Both the position numbers and the translations under genes were made by a program. 64,000 bases of DNA, taken from positions 1 to 64,000 of the forward strand of contig CAWCYD010000003.1 in assembly GCA_963799775.1 (NCBI GenBank). Direction: 5' to 3'. The notes beneath the pieces are model-generated. The model saw only the letters and a list, made by a program, of their open reading frames with translations, made no database searches and was not told the DNA's origin. The stretch comes from an uncultured archaeon. Lineage in GTDB: Archaea; Thermoproteota; Nitrososphaeria; Nitrososphaerales; Gagatemarchaeaceae. Positions 1 through 10,538 of this stretch are shown in pieces (position 1 is the stretch's first letter; each line of letters begins with the position of its first letter).

Positions 1-885
1 TGGTATCTGACAGTGCATTGTTAGCTGACCAGCATGATGTATTGCTTGGGTCAGATGTGCTCCTTAAGAAAATAGGTTGCATTCTGCCCATTAACTTGCC
101 AGTACAATGGTGGGTTGAAAGTGAGCAAGATAAGTTTTTATTGGGAATCGCTAATAGCGCTCCTACTCCAATATACTCATCTAATAGCCTTGGCAATAAT
201 TGGTAATGATCAGCATTTTGGGAAGAAGAGCTTGGGTAGTAGCTCTATTAGCAATACCAGTGATTTTTCTGTTGAAAATAACACTACATTTGTTCCGCCG
301 GAACGACAGGGTAGGCAAGTCCAAGCTGACATGGGTGTAGAGCTTTCTCAATCTGAGACGTCTCACAGTAAAGACTTCAATCAGTCTAAACATTTGCAGA
401 CACTGCATAAAAATGTTGCTAGAAAGTTATCTAAGCTTAAAAAGGCCAGAAGCACTTACTAGAAATCAACATAAAAGACTTCAGTGCGAAATAAAGTTGC
501 TGTTGAAGCAGTGTAAACGATATTTGCCAGATGTAGAACCTATTGCCCTGGAACATACTGATGACATTATTGCTGCAGTGGTAGATAGTCAGGTAGCATC
601 CCCTTCTGAGAGATCCTCTAATAAAGAGTTCATATCCCCACTTGGGTTCAGATCCCTGCATCCGCAGTCTGATTCTTTCATCAGTGATATAGTCGCAGCT
701 ATCCATACAGTGGCATCTAAACAAGATAATACTGAATTGGAAGTATATGCATTAGGACTCTCTGATCGAAGGAAAACTTCATACATCATAAGCTTAATGA
801 TGACGAAGCCACAGTGCTTCATAATCTAGTTAATAATAATAAGGATAGTCTTTTAACATCTGGACCTATTCTTATGGGACAGGCT
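1..885. other. AT-rich segment of apparently foreign origin (possible chimeric contig end)
   Basis: Clearly lower GC than the rest of the window, with broken overlapping ORFs. Composition switches abruptly near 885-900, inside a membrane-protein gene that lacks a normal 5' end. Confidence 0.55.
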
Positions 886-889
886 AAGG

Positions 890-1860
890 TTGAGCAATTC
901 GATCTGGAGACTATGCATCGAGATGGCGCCCGCGATCCTGGCGCCTCTCCTCACGGTCTCCACATACCTTCTCGTCCTCGAGGGGACGGGCGACCGGTTC
1001 ACCGCGGGCGTCTCGGCGCTGTTCGCGTCCGTATCTCCGGAGATCGTTGCAGGGATAAACGCCGGGTTCATCGCGAACTGGCTGGCGATAGGGGTCGCGT
1101 TCCTCTTCTTTGCGGCGCTGCTCCACGGCCTGAGGACGAGGCGACTCGCGTATCTACTCCTGAGCTACGCCATCTTCGTCGGCTTGTTGCTCATTCACCC
1201 GTGGACGTGGGCCGTGGCGCTCGTCGTCCTCATGGTCTACCTCTCGCTCTCGCTGCTGGAGTCGGCCTGGGCTCGCGACCTCCGTTCGAGGAGGCTCGAG
1301 GCGGTCATGCTCCTCTCGCTGCTCCTGGCGGGCCTCGCGGCGGACGCTCTCAGGAGCTCGCTGCCCATGGGCAGCGGCTTCGCGGCGGCGTACGCCACCC
1401 TCGTTCCCTGAGCTTCAGCTCTCCAACATCCCACTGGCAGTGGCGCACCTCCGCTCGACCTTCGTGATGTTCCTGCTGGGCGGGTTGGCCGACCCCGCCT
1501 GGTTCGTCCTTGGGGCGGTGGGCGTCCTCTCCATTCCAAGCCTCAGGGGGCGGTTCGGGAAGCTGCTCTTCACGTGGGTCGCCGCGATGTCCTTTGCCGT
1601 GATCCTTGTCAGCCCGTCGCCGGACGGCACGCTCCAGGCGCGGCTGATCTACGATGTGCCGCTACAGATCTTCGCAGCGGTGGGGCTTGTGGCCATTCTC
1701 GAGACTCATCGTCGGTCGCCTTGAGGATGGGACCGGCTCGGGCAGGAGGCTGGCAGCCGTCATTGCGGCGCTCACGCTCATTGGAGTGGTGGGCCTGCTG
1801 CTCGGGTTCGCCTTGGACAACGTCGGATTCCTATATCCTCCCGCTTCTACCGCCGTAATC
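890..1860 (+). CDS. Multi-pass membrane protein, 5'-truncated and frameshifted
   Basis: Successive hydrophobic ORFs 890-1411, 1440-1724 and 1654 onward continue one another across frameshifts. End coordinate is approximate. Confidence 0.6.
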
Positions 1861-1871
1861 GGAGAACGAAG

Positions 1872-2575
1872 TCACTTGGCAGGTACGGGCTTGGTCTTCC
1901 CTCGGCCGCGCATCAGCATGAAGCCGGCCGCAACGATAATCACAATCACAATCACGCCTACGGCCAAGAGCCGCCACGTCGGTGGACGACATGCCCGTGC
2001 TCGTGCTGGTGGTGCTGGTCGTACTGGTTGTAGTGGCCTCAGCCGGCACTATCGCCACGTTCGTCCCCGTCAGGGCAGAACAGGGAATGCTTCCCGTGAG
2101 GTGGTGCCGCTTATGGTCACGTCGCTGGCCTAGCCCACGCGCTCCCGGTCCAGTAGTCGAGCGTGTCCGACGAGGTGACGAACGAGTTCGAAATGGTGAT
2201 CGTCGCGCTACACGCTGATGGCGTGGTCGTGCCCGCAGGGAGCGCAATGTTGACGTCGTAATAGAGCACACTGCTGGAGGAAGAGATGGTCAAGACGCCG
2301 GTCGACGGCGAGTTGAGGGTCTCCGTTGTAACATCGACCCCGCCGGTTACGCCCGTCAGCCCTGACACCGAGACGTTGATGCCGGTGGTCGCTTCACTCG
2401 CAGAGACGGTCCCGCTGACGACTGTGACCGTGGTAGATGTTACGGCCGTGACGTTGGGAGCATACGGACTCTGCCCGAAGGACTGCGTAGATGTCAATAA
2501 CACGGGCGCCAGCGTTGAGGCGAGGCAGACGCTGAGCGCGCGACCAAGACCTCTGCTTGACCTAGACCTGAACAA
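1872..2575 (-). CDS. Secreted Ser/Thr-rich surface protein with C-terminal TM anchor (frameshifted)
   Basis: Signal peptide and beta-rich body in ORF 2117-2575. It continues in other frames as TTTSTTSTTSTST, then a hydrophobic VIVIVIIVAAGFMLM segment and a basic tail. Confidence 0.65.
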
Positions 2576-2769
2576 ACTACATCACCGCACCTGACTTTGC
2601 CTGCAGGTGCATAGTTGAAGGGAGGGCGCCCTCGCTATATAAATGCGCCACCTCACCCCTTCTGTGTTTGACGACCCTTTCTCCGCCCGCATGAACCGAA
2701 AAACTTCGGTGCATCCTGTAACGCGCCGCTCCTCAGACTTAAATCAAACCATCGGGAAAACGAATCGCC

Positions 2770-3045
2770 TTGAGCAACGATAAAGCGCTCGGCGCTGCCA
2801 TTCTTGCCGGAAGCATCCTGGGAATAATTGTATATGGAGGGCTCCTGGTTTACTTTCCCCTTCTCGTGCTCGAGATTAGCGCCTTCCTGGCGGTAGCGCT
2901 TCTTGGAGGGATTTTGGGGTGGATAGGCTGGACTATGGCTACGGCGCCTCCTCCCGAACCGGTCCGCGACCTGCAAATTGGCACCGGAGGGCTTGGGGCC
3001 AGCCAGCCTCCAGTAGGAATGGCGAAAAGGGACAACTCTAGCTAG
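2770..3045 (+). CDS. Small conserved archaeal 2-TM membrane protein
   Basis: 91 aa with two TM helices and a WIGWTMATAPPPEP motif. Confidence 0.75.
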   Translation: MSNDKALGAAILAGSILGIIVYGGLLVYFPLLVLEISAFLAVALLGGILGWIGWTMATAPPPEPVRDLQIGTGGLGASQPPVGMAKRDNSS

Positions 3046-3061
3046 TCGGGGTGGCAACCCG

Positions 3062-3680
3062 GTGCATCAGGCCAAAGATCCGGCAGGCCTCAACCAAGGT
3101 CTTGGAGGCTCGCTCCTGCTGTCGGCCAAGAGCGGCCTTCCCTTGTATGGGCTCCTCTGCCTGATTGATGCCGCTGTGGTAGCTCTCTCAGTTGTGACAC
3201 AGCCGGTCCCGCCGGAGACATCCTTCCCTTGGCTGACGTTGCCCTGGTGGAACATCAACTCGATCGAAAGCCAGGTCGTTTTGCACCTTGTTGCCGGGTT
3301 CCTGGTCGGTGCTTCCACATTGAACTTGAGCAAGGCCATCACCGGAGGTTGCCTCGGAGCGTTGATCGACATCGACCATGTGGGCGCCCTGCTGGGACTG
3401 CCGGTAGACGCCCGGTCGGGCCACAGCATAATCGTGCTCGCAATCCTGGTCGTGCTCGTGTGGAAACTCTCCCTCTGGAAATGGGGCGGCGGCGACTTCG
3501 CACTGTTCGCGTCGATGGAATTCGCGGCGCACTTCTTGGTAGCCCCGCCCGGGTTCCCGCTGCTGTCTCCCATATCGACGACGGTGTACTCTTTTCCCAA
3601 CTGGGTGTACCTGCCAGTCGTTCTTCGGCCTCGTAGCTGTTTGCCTGGTCAAATCCATAAAGACGAGGGGCTGCGAGTAA
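3062..3680 (+). CDS. Membrane-bound metal-dependent hydrolase-like protein (YdjM/LexA-binding type); C-terminus frameshifted
   Basis: Hydrophobic protein with HLVAG, LIDIDH, RSGHS and AAHF motifs. The 279-aa ORF runs out of frame into the next gene. Confidence 0.55.
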
Positions 3681-3756
3681 GCGATCATAGCGAGCGAGAG
3701 TTCCTCGAGCTCGGGACCATAAGTGCCCCTTGGCCGTTGCTTGGAACCGAGCCAGT

Positions 3757-4523
3757 TCAGTTCAAGAACCCGAGGTTCTTGTCGACCTCTCGTGCGTCGA
3801 GCCTGTCGTACGCGTCCTGGCTCCCAAGATCGTGCCAGAACCCGTCTACGAAAAATGGAGCCACGTTCATGCGCCGCTCGATCACCTTCGGCACGAAGTG
3901 AGCCATGATGTCCTTGCTCCGTCCTTGGGAAGTGACCTCCTTGAGGATTGCGACGCAGGAGTTCGAGAGCACAAGGCAGCCCATCGTCACGTCGAGACCG
4001 AGGTTGGGTTTCTCGCGGAACCCGGTTACACGGTCGCTCCGAACCTCAGCAACCCCCACGGGGACCACGTAGTTCTTTGAGAGGACAAGCGTCATGTCCG
4101 CGCGGGCCGAGCGGTGCTTGCTCAGGACCGCTCCCACGTCGAGGAAGAGAGCACGTCGCCGTAGTAGACGATGAGCTCATCGAATCTCCCGACCTTGCCG
4201 TCCTCGATGGCGTGCATGAGGGCTTGCGCGCTCCCGCTTACCCCCTCGGGGTCTCTTGAGTAGGCGATGCGTGCCCCCAACCTGGCTCCGTCCCCGAAAT
4301 ACGTCTCGATCACATCGCCCTTGTATCCCGAGAGGAGGACCATGTCGGGAACCCCGTGGTAGACCATCAGCCTCACGACGAACTCCAGGAGAGGCCTCAT
4401 CTTGGGGCCGATAGGTATCATCGTCTTCTGGAAGTATTGGGTGAGCGGCCTGAGCCTCTTCCCTTCGCCCCCGCAGAGAATCGCAGCCTTGGTGATAGAG
4501 CTCTGCGTGGTGGGCAAACCCAA
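3757..4523 (-). CDS. Sugar-phosphate nucleotidyltransferase (NTP transferase family), frameshifted near 4130
   Basis: AAILCGGEGKRLRPLT and YYGD in the N-terminal part; FREKP and WHDLGS in the C-terminal part. Confidence 0.9.
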
Positions 4524-5068
4524 CGGTGGGGCTCCCGGGTCTGCTTATATCGGTTATTCAAGAGTTCATGGAATGTTCTTTCGCTTTGGCTGACTCCGAG
4601 TCGGGAGCGATGCGCTTTGGCGCTGTGAGCGACAGGCTTTGGTAACAGGCCACCAACTATCTGGTGGATTCCAGATTTGCCCGAGGGATACGAAAGCGAT
4701 GACGACTTGCCTGAAGGGGCAATGAAGGCCTTTGTTGTTCGGCAGGAGGAGAGTCCCGAGATCGCACTTTTCATTGACCCCGTCGACAAAATGGTAGACG
4801 CCTGGATGAAATGAAACCAGCATTGGGGTGACCTGAACGTCTTGACTTGTGGCGAGAGACCGGTGGACGAACTTCCGAAGCGAGAATCGTTACCAGAGTG
4901 AATGTTCACTGGTTGTGTTACGCGACTAGCGCGTTAGTCGCAGAGAATCGTACATGAGAAAGGCAAGGGCACTATATTAAGAAAGGTGCGGTGTTGTGCA
5001 GCCCCGAGCAGTCCTGCACAGTCCAGCTCTAGCGCGACAACGGCGAGCTAATGGGAAGATACTCCCAC

Positions 5069-6361
5069 TCACAGGAGCTTTAGGGCAATGTCTAGCGTCT
5101 CCTTGCAAGTCTTATCCGAGGCAGGGTTACCTCCAATCAACACCAGCGGGGTCGTTATCCCCTCGAAATTCTTAGCTTCTTCCGCCGCTATGACCATCGC
5201 CCAAATCCTGCCGTTCGCCAGGTTCAGGATGAAGAGGATTAGGGGTACGCCATACTTGGTCGCGGTCTTGAGCTCCGCCAAGAGCTTCCCCCTGGGTATC
5301 CATCTCTGCCTCGTTCCGGCCTCCGAAAGGGTCAACGCCTTGAAGGCACCAACCGCCTTCACCACATTGTCGGGAGAACCGTAGAAGACGAAGTCTGGTT
5401 CACCTTCCTTCAAGCTTGAGGTATGCATCATCCCCGCATTCCGGAGCGCGTTCTCAGAGAACTGGAGTTGGGCGCGGTTCCCCTTGTCCCTGTTTGCCTT
5501 TCCGGCCTCCCTTGTCAGCTTTCCGCCAGTGGGTGGTGCTGGTGCCGCGGCTTCTGCGGCCGACGCGGGGACGTCCCTGCCTCCCTCCTGTCCCTGAGCG
5601 CCAACGCCTCCCTCGACAGCGTCTTCTGCCCGTTCTTTCGGCGATTCGCGTCCTCGTGCAAGGGAATCAAGGTACTCATCGATTTGTTCCGAAAGTATGG
5701 CGAACTTCTCCAGTATGCCCTCGGTCCCTTTGATTAGCCCAGCGATTGTTCTAGCCGATTCGCCACGCTTCTCGAACCACTCATAGTAATCGGCTATAGT
5801 TCGTTTGTATTCCGACTCCCTGACGCCCTCATCTTTGCTGATCTTTTCTACGGCTTGGGTCTGTGCCCTTACCGCCTTGCCTTGGCTCTCGACGATGGAG
5901 ACCATTTCGCCCGTCTCCTCACCCAACTCGGCGACCCTGCCCGAAAGGTCGGAGACAGATGCCTGCGCGGCCGCGACGGCACCTGTCAGTGGCCCCAGAC
6001 GGGTTTCGAGTTGCTTCAGGGCGTAGTCGACCGCGCTCAACTTGGCTTCCTCGCCACGATTCGAGTGGGCAACGGCCAGGTCATAGAGGTCCAGCGCCCA
6101 CCTGAAATAGAGATAGATCGAAACCAGCCAGATCACGGACAGGCCGGGCCCATCGAACCAGGGCGAAGACACGAGACCTGAAACCTGAGCAAAAAGTGTG
6201 GACAGAGAGAAGGTGGCAAAGACGAACCCCACTGATATCGCAAGGACCCTCCTGCCCATGTCCTCCGCCCTCTTCTTCGTCAGTTGTGTGGTGACTTCCC
6301 ACACCAAGTATGCCAGAAAAGCCCCGAACGTTATCGGGGACAGGAACAGGTCAACAACCAT
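5069..6361 (-). CDS. Membrane-anchored coiled-coil protein with C-terminal PD-(D/E)xK-like (Hjc-like) nuclease fold
   Basis: About three N-terminal TM helices, a long coiled coil, then KGNRAQ...EGEPDFVF...GAFK. Confidence 0.6.
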   Translation of the reverse strand: MVVDLFLSPITFGAFLAYLVWEVTTQLTKKRAEDMGRRVLAISVGFVFATFSLSTLFAQVSGLVSSPWFDGPGLSVIWLVSIYLYFRWALDLYDLAVAHSNRGEEAKLSAVDYALKQLETRLGPLTGAVAAAQASVSDLSGRVAELGEETGEMVSIVESQGKAVRAQTQAVEKISKDEGVRESEYKRTIADYYEWFEKRGESARTIAGLIKGTEGILEKFAILSEQIDEYLDSLARGRESPKERAEDAVEGGVGAQGQEGGRDVPASAAEAAAPAPPTGGKLTREAGKANRDKGNRAQLQFSENALRNAGMMHTSSLKEGEPDFVFYGSPDNVVKAVGAFKALTLSEAGTRQRWIPRGKLLAELKTATKYGVPLILFILNLANGRIWAMVIAAEEAKNFEGITTPLVLIGGNPASDKTCKETLDIALKLL

Positions 6362-6396
6362 CGTTGCTTCGCCCCTTCCCGAGAATGGTCGTCGCT

Positions 6397-6732
6397 CTAG
6401 GGAATCGGTCCGTTGTCACCTGGGCCTCCTTGATTTGCGGCGACTTTCACGAGCCTCCACCTTAACTCTCCGTCGATCACCATGACTCCCACCATCTTCC
6501 CCACGGCGCTCCTGAGCGAGCTCGGCGTTGCTTCCACCGGAATCTCCAACTTGCGGGTGGCTTCGATAACCACGCCGTTCCTGTCTACTGCAACGAGCTT
6601 CCCTACCACCTCCGACAGCTCACGGATGGGGGTAACCTTGAAGCCTGCCGTGAGCTTCTCCGCTTCCGGTGAATCATCGACAGGTTTGGTGACCCGACCG
6701 CCCTCGCCATCTTCCGTTGGCCTGAAGTCCAC
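6397..6732 (-). CDS. Hypothetical protein (small beta-barrel-like)
   Basis: 111-aa ORF directly upstream of and co-oriented with the 430-aa gene. Confidence 0.55.
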   Translation of the reverse strand: MDFRPTEDGEGGRVTKPVDDSPEAEKLTAGFKVTPIRELSEVVGKLVAVDRNGVVIEATRKLEIPVEATPSSLRSAVGKMVGVMVIDGELRWRLVKVAANQGGPGDNGPIP

Positions 6733-6802
6733 TCTACTTTAGCCCTACCCTAAACTATGGCACTCGTGACGCTTATATAGTTTACCCCCCTACTATACTA
6801 CC

Positions 6803-7702
6803 ATGAGAACTACCGCAGGCAATGCCAGGGACAAGATTCTTGAGGCGGCGAAGTCACCTCAACGCTGGACAGACCTGCTCAAAGCAACCGGCGTCACGCC
6901 GAAGAGGCTCCTCGAGCTGCTCAACGACCTGTCGGACAAGGAACTGATTGCAAAGGACACAGAAGGTAGGTACGTGCTGACCGAAAGGGGGCGCGAGGCG
7001 CCCTCTCGCGAAAGGAAGAAGGCGCATTTCGAGACGGTCCTCGAACTGGCGTCGAAGTGTGACCCCACTCAGACCGATGTAAAGAGGTATCTCATTCATC
7101 TGTACCCCGACCTGTCGTGGGTCACGAGCTCGTACAATGCGGAGATCAGTCGGTGGAGGAGGACTGGTCAGTGGAAGAAGCTGGGCGAGTCGTTCGCCGA
7201 ACTGTCCCATCAGTCAGACGCCCTTGTCCAGCTGGATAACGACCTCCATCAATTCCTTGGCGAAGTCTTCGGGCCAGGATGGCGCTACGAGATAAGGTAC
7301 AGGAAAGGGACCGGGTGGAGCCCGCTCGCAGGTTCCGAAAGGGATGCCGAGAGGCTGTCGAAGGAAGGGATGGAGCTGCCCGAGAACGACCCGGAGCTGA
7401 AGTACACGCCCAGAGGGGTGGGCAACTATCCGGAGGATTACCTGATGGAGGCGACTTTGAAGGGCTGGAATGACTCCGTGAATCATGCCCTGAAGATGTA
7501 TGAAGGCGCGATGGGGGTGGTCGACGGGCTTGAGGCTCCAAAGGGCGAACCTTTCAAGGGCGCGCTAAGGTTCATGGAAGTGAAGAGTACCCTGGTGGGA
7601 ACACATGAGATCCTTCGGGAGTGCCTCGGCGCGTTGGCTGGCAAGAAGGAGACGCAGAAGAAGAAAGAAGGGCGAACCGTCGCCAATCAATCACAAAGTT
7701 GA
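6803..7702 (+). CDS. N-terminal winged-helix domain protein
   Basis: RWTDLLKATGVTPKRLLELLNDL...GRYVLTERG is a wHTH signature. Divergent from 6732 with a TATA-like ttatata in between. Confidence 0.75.
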   Translation: MRTTAGNARDKILEAAKSPQRWTDLLKATGVTPKRLLELLNDLSDKELIAKDTEGRYVLTERGREAPSRERKKAHFETVLELASKCDPTQTDVKRYLIHLYPDLSWVTSSYNAEISRWRRTGQWKKLGESFAELSHQSDALVQLDNDLHQFLGEVFGPGWRYEIRYRKGTGWSPLAGSERDAERLSKEGMELPENDPELKYTPRGVGNYPEDYLMEATLKGWNDSVNHALKMYEGAMGVVDGLEAPKGEPFKGALRFMEVKSTLVGTHEILRECLGALAGKKETQKKKEGRTVANQSQS

Positions 7703-7734
7703 CCGCTGTCCGCATTCTTTCTCAGACATTTTCC

Positions 7735-8886
7735 TTACTTGAACAATTCAGCGAGCATCTGGTCAGTCACGCGGTAGGACTCGCCTTCCTTCTCGGCGAA
7801 GCCAGCCTTGACCAGATTGGCCAGGAGCTCTGTAACGTTCCTGTCATTGATGGTCCTGCCTTCAGCGGCTTCGAGGCTCCCTTTTATCGCCGACCATGAC
7901 GAAGAGTGAGCTCTGGCTAAGTGCTGCATGATTGTCTCGTATCGCTGCCCGCCAACCTCCCTACCCTTCAGGAAGTTCTCGAACTCCTGCCTGACGAGCG
8001 ACTTGCCCACCTCGACAGTCTGGTCGATAGCGCTCTCTGACATCGTACCTGCCTTGGTGCTCGTGATTCCGAAGAGTGCCAACCACCCGATTATCCCGCC
8101 CAACCTGTTCACGGCGGCATCCATGATCCTTCCATCAGTCTTCGTCTTTGCCTGCTTGAATCCGCGCACAAGGAAGTCCCTTGCCATTCCTTCCGGGAGA
8201 CGCGAGAGACGTATCTCCACGATGTGCCTTCCATAGAGGGGTGCTTTTGCGTCCTGGCTTCCGATGAAGTCGTAGAGCAGGCCGACTGCAGATCCTGTCA
8301 GGACAACTGTGATGCTGCGGCAGTAGTCGTAGACGTGGGCGAACAGCTTTGCCATGTCGACGCCCGCCACCTTCTTCAGTTCCTGCGCCTCGTCGAAGGC
8401 TATGATCATCCTCGTCTTCTCGTGCTTGGCCCAGGCGTTCAGCTCGTCGAAGAGGGTGGAGAGTTCGGCGGGCTCCTTGCCTCCCCAGCTTATGCTCAAA
8501 CCACTTTGGGAGACGCCGACTCCTCGCACTCGCTTGAGCCAGTTGAAGAGCCTCCTTCCGGAACTGAGGTGTGCCTTGTAGAACTCGTTCAGAGCACGCT
8601 CGATCTCCTGAATCAGATCCCTCTTGGTAGCGTAGGGCTTGCTCGCTAGAGAGCGCATATCCAGCACGATGGAAGGCTGGGCAGTCTGATTCAAGGCTGT
8701 CAGGAGAAGGGAGGTCTTGCCCGTCCTTCTCAGACCGACTATCGTTACCATCGGCGCCCCTGTCCTCAGGGCAGAGATGAGAGACTCTAGCTCGTCCTCC
8801 GCGTCGTACAGGTCTCTTTTGTTGTCCTTTGGTCTCTGGTCGAAGAGCAAGTTACTTGTTCCACCACAAGTTGCTTGCCCTACCAC
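7735..8886 (-). CDS. Archaeal ATPase (ATPase_2/AAA family) with C-terminal wHTH
   Basis: Walker A GLRRTGKTS, Walker B IAFDEAQE and LTGS, with the LFD.RPK N-terminus typical of the family. Confidence 0.9.
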   Translation of the reverse strand: MVGQATCGGTSNLLFDQRPKDNKRDLYDAEDELESLISALRTGAPMVTIVGLRRTGKTSLLLTALNQTAQPSIVLDMRSLASKPYATKRDLIQEIERALNEFYKAHLSSGRRLFNWLKRVRGVGVSQSGLSISWGGKEPAELSTLFDELNAWAKHEKTRMIIAFDEAQELKKVAGVDMAKLFAHVYDYCRSITVVLTGSAVGLLYDFIGSQDAKAPLYGRHIVEIRLSRLPEGMARDFLVRGFKQAKTKTDGRIMDAAVNRLGGIIGWLALFGITSTKAGTMSESAIDQTVEVGKSLVRQEFENFLKGREVGGQRYETIMQHLARAHSSSWSAIKGSLEAAEGRTINDRNVTELLANLVKAGFAEKEGESYRVTDQMLAELFK

Positions 8887-9003
8887 AAGTTAAGGATTGC
8901 GAACAGAAGAACGATCCCCAATCGGAGCGGAAGTAACAGACTTCATAAGCTCTTGCTACATCTGCTACTTTTGTTACTTCTTAAGTTGCAGCGGCTCTAG
9001 ACT

Positions 9004-9966
9004 CTATATGCCGAGCTTTGGCACGCAGGCGAGGTAGCTTCTCCTCAGCTCCTCTTTATCGATGTGGTGGTAGATGTCTACGGCCTCCCTCCTCCTGTCC
9101 CCGCGCAGCTCCTTCACGTACTCTCTCTGCATGCCGTTTCTGAGAAGCCATGTCGTGAAGAAGTGCCTGAAGCAGTGAGGACCGAAGTGGTCCTCGAGCC
9201 GTGGGGAGCTTGAATCATGAAACCCCAGCTTCCTCGCGTATTTCACCACCGCTTCATAGCAACCGTTCCTGTCCAGCCTGTTCAATGATTGGTAGCTCAC
9301 GAAGAGCGCTTTGATCTTTGGATTGAGCTTCTGCCTCACGGTCAACCACCGCCTCAGCGCGATTGCACACTCATCGTCAAAGAACACCACCCTGTTGCTC
9401 CTCTTCGGGTGCGGCTTCAGCGTTATCGAGTAGTCCTTCCAGCTGACATCATGGACGTCAAGACTTAGCAGCTCGTTTCTCCTCATACCAGTCTTCGCAA
9501 ACAGAAGCGCTATCGCTCTGTCCCTCGGGTCAAGTATCGACGAGACGTACCCGCTCATCTCCTCCAAGGTCAGGAGTTTCCTCTGAGAATCGTCGAAATC
9601 ATCCTTGTACCGCCTCAAGTATCTCTTCCTGAAGGGCAGCACGATATTTGAGCTTGCAATGCCCTCGAAGACGAGGTAGTCGAAGAAGGCCGAGATGGCA
9701 GAGAAAAAGTTCTCCGCCGTCTTGTGCTTGGCATGCCTTTCGCATTTGACGTGCTGCAAGAAGTCCTTCAGGGACTGGAGGTCCGTGTCGACCATCTCCT
9801 TAGAATGCCTCGACATGTATTCTGCAAATATGAGCAGGCTCGACCGATACCTTCTCATCGTCTCCGCAGTCAACCCTCTCAAAGTGCAATCTTCGCAGAA
9901 ACTATCAATAATCTTACCGTAGTCCGGAATTTGCTTTAGCATCGTCAACTCTTCTTCCACCTCCAT
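9004..9966 (-). CDS. Tyrosine recombinase/integrase
   Basis: TGMRRNEL, HCFRHFFTT and LRGD...DIYHH catalytic motifs plus an N-terminal SAM-like domain. Confidence 0.92.
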   Translation of the reverse strand: MEVEEELTMLKQIPDYGKIIDSFCEDCTLRGLTAETMRRYRSSLLIFAEYMSRHSKEMVDTDLQSLKDFLQHVKCERHAKHKTAENFFSAISAFFDYLVFEGIASSNIVLPFRKRYLRRYKDDFDDSQRKLLTLEEMSGYVSSILDPRDRAIALLFAKTGMRRNELLSLDVHDVSWKDYSITLKPHPKRSNRVVFFDDECAIALRRWLTVRQKLNPKIKALFVSYQSLNRLDRNGCYEAVVKYARKLGFHDSSSPRLEDHFGPHCFRHFFTTWLLRNGMQREYVKELRGDRRREAVDIYHHIDKEELRRSYLACVPKLGI

Positions 9967-10490
9967 CCCCTCCCTGAATACTCCACGAGCGAGTAGCGTT
10001 CGAGGGCCTCAAGCTGCCTGCTCACAGCCTTGACCGTCTCCACTTCCGACGGGTCCATGTTCAGGTGCGCAAGTATCTCTTCCTGCGAATGTGAGCCCCC
10101 TTCTCTCAGCAGTTCGATGAGGTCCTTGTCGAAACTCCTCCTGCCCTCGAAGCCCTCTTCCGCAAACGGCTTCATCCTGTACCTCTTGAGTTCCTGGTCA
10201 AGGTTCTCCACCAGCCTCTTCAGAAGCCTGTTATCTTCGCTAAGCTTCTTGTTATCCTCCTCAGCAGCTCTGAGTTTCTCGACGAGTTCGAGCCTGCTCA
10301 GGTAACCTTTCTCTTCTCCTTCTTCTCTCTTCAACGAATCTTCGACCCTGTCCATCACGAACTTCGAAATGGAAAGACCAGCCTTCTCAGCCCTTGCCTT
10401 CCAGTCCTCCACCATTTCGGTGGAAGGCAGGTAGACGTAGATCGACCTCTCCTTGATCGTCTCGGTCTTCCCGCTGTTCTGCCTAGCCAT
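9945..10490 (-). CDS. DNA-binding protein (RHH-like N-terminus, coiled coil, C-terminal wHTH) coupled to the integrase
   Basis: SIYVYLPS...AEKAGLSISKFV is RHH-like; the ORF overlaps the integrase start. Confidence 0.7.
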   Translation of the reverse strand: MARQNSGKTETIKERSIYVYLPSTEMVEDWKARAEKAGLSISKFVMDRVEDSLKREEGEEKGYLSRLELVEKLRAAEEDNKKLSEDNRLLKRLVENLDQELKRYRMKPFAEEGFEGRRSFDKDLIELLREGGSHSQEEILAHLNMDPSEVETVKAVSRQLEALERYSLVEYSGRGWRWKKS

Positions 10491-10538
10491 GACTGTAGAA
10501 CACGATCCGAGCGTATTTATTCTTTACCAGTAAAATAG

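Larger units (their letters stand above)
4600..10538. mobile_element. Putative integrated element at the 3' end of tRNA-Leu
   Basis: Integrase operon starts ~50 bp past the tRNA 3' end and is followed by accessory genes. No distal att repeat was found, so the left boundary is approximate. Confidence 0.55.

Noticed and set aside
1930-2040. Short tandem repeats (acaatc; gtgctggt)
   Set aside because: They encode the Thr/Ser linker and Val/Ile TM segment of the surface protein.
4600-4960. Possible gene fragment and the hairpin GCGACTA-gcgcgt-TAGTCGC
   Set aside because: The reading frame is interrupted, has no recognisable motif, and the hairpin is short.
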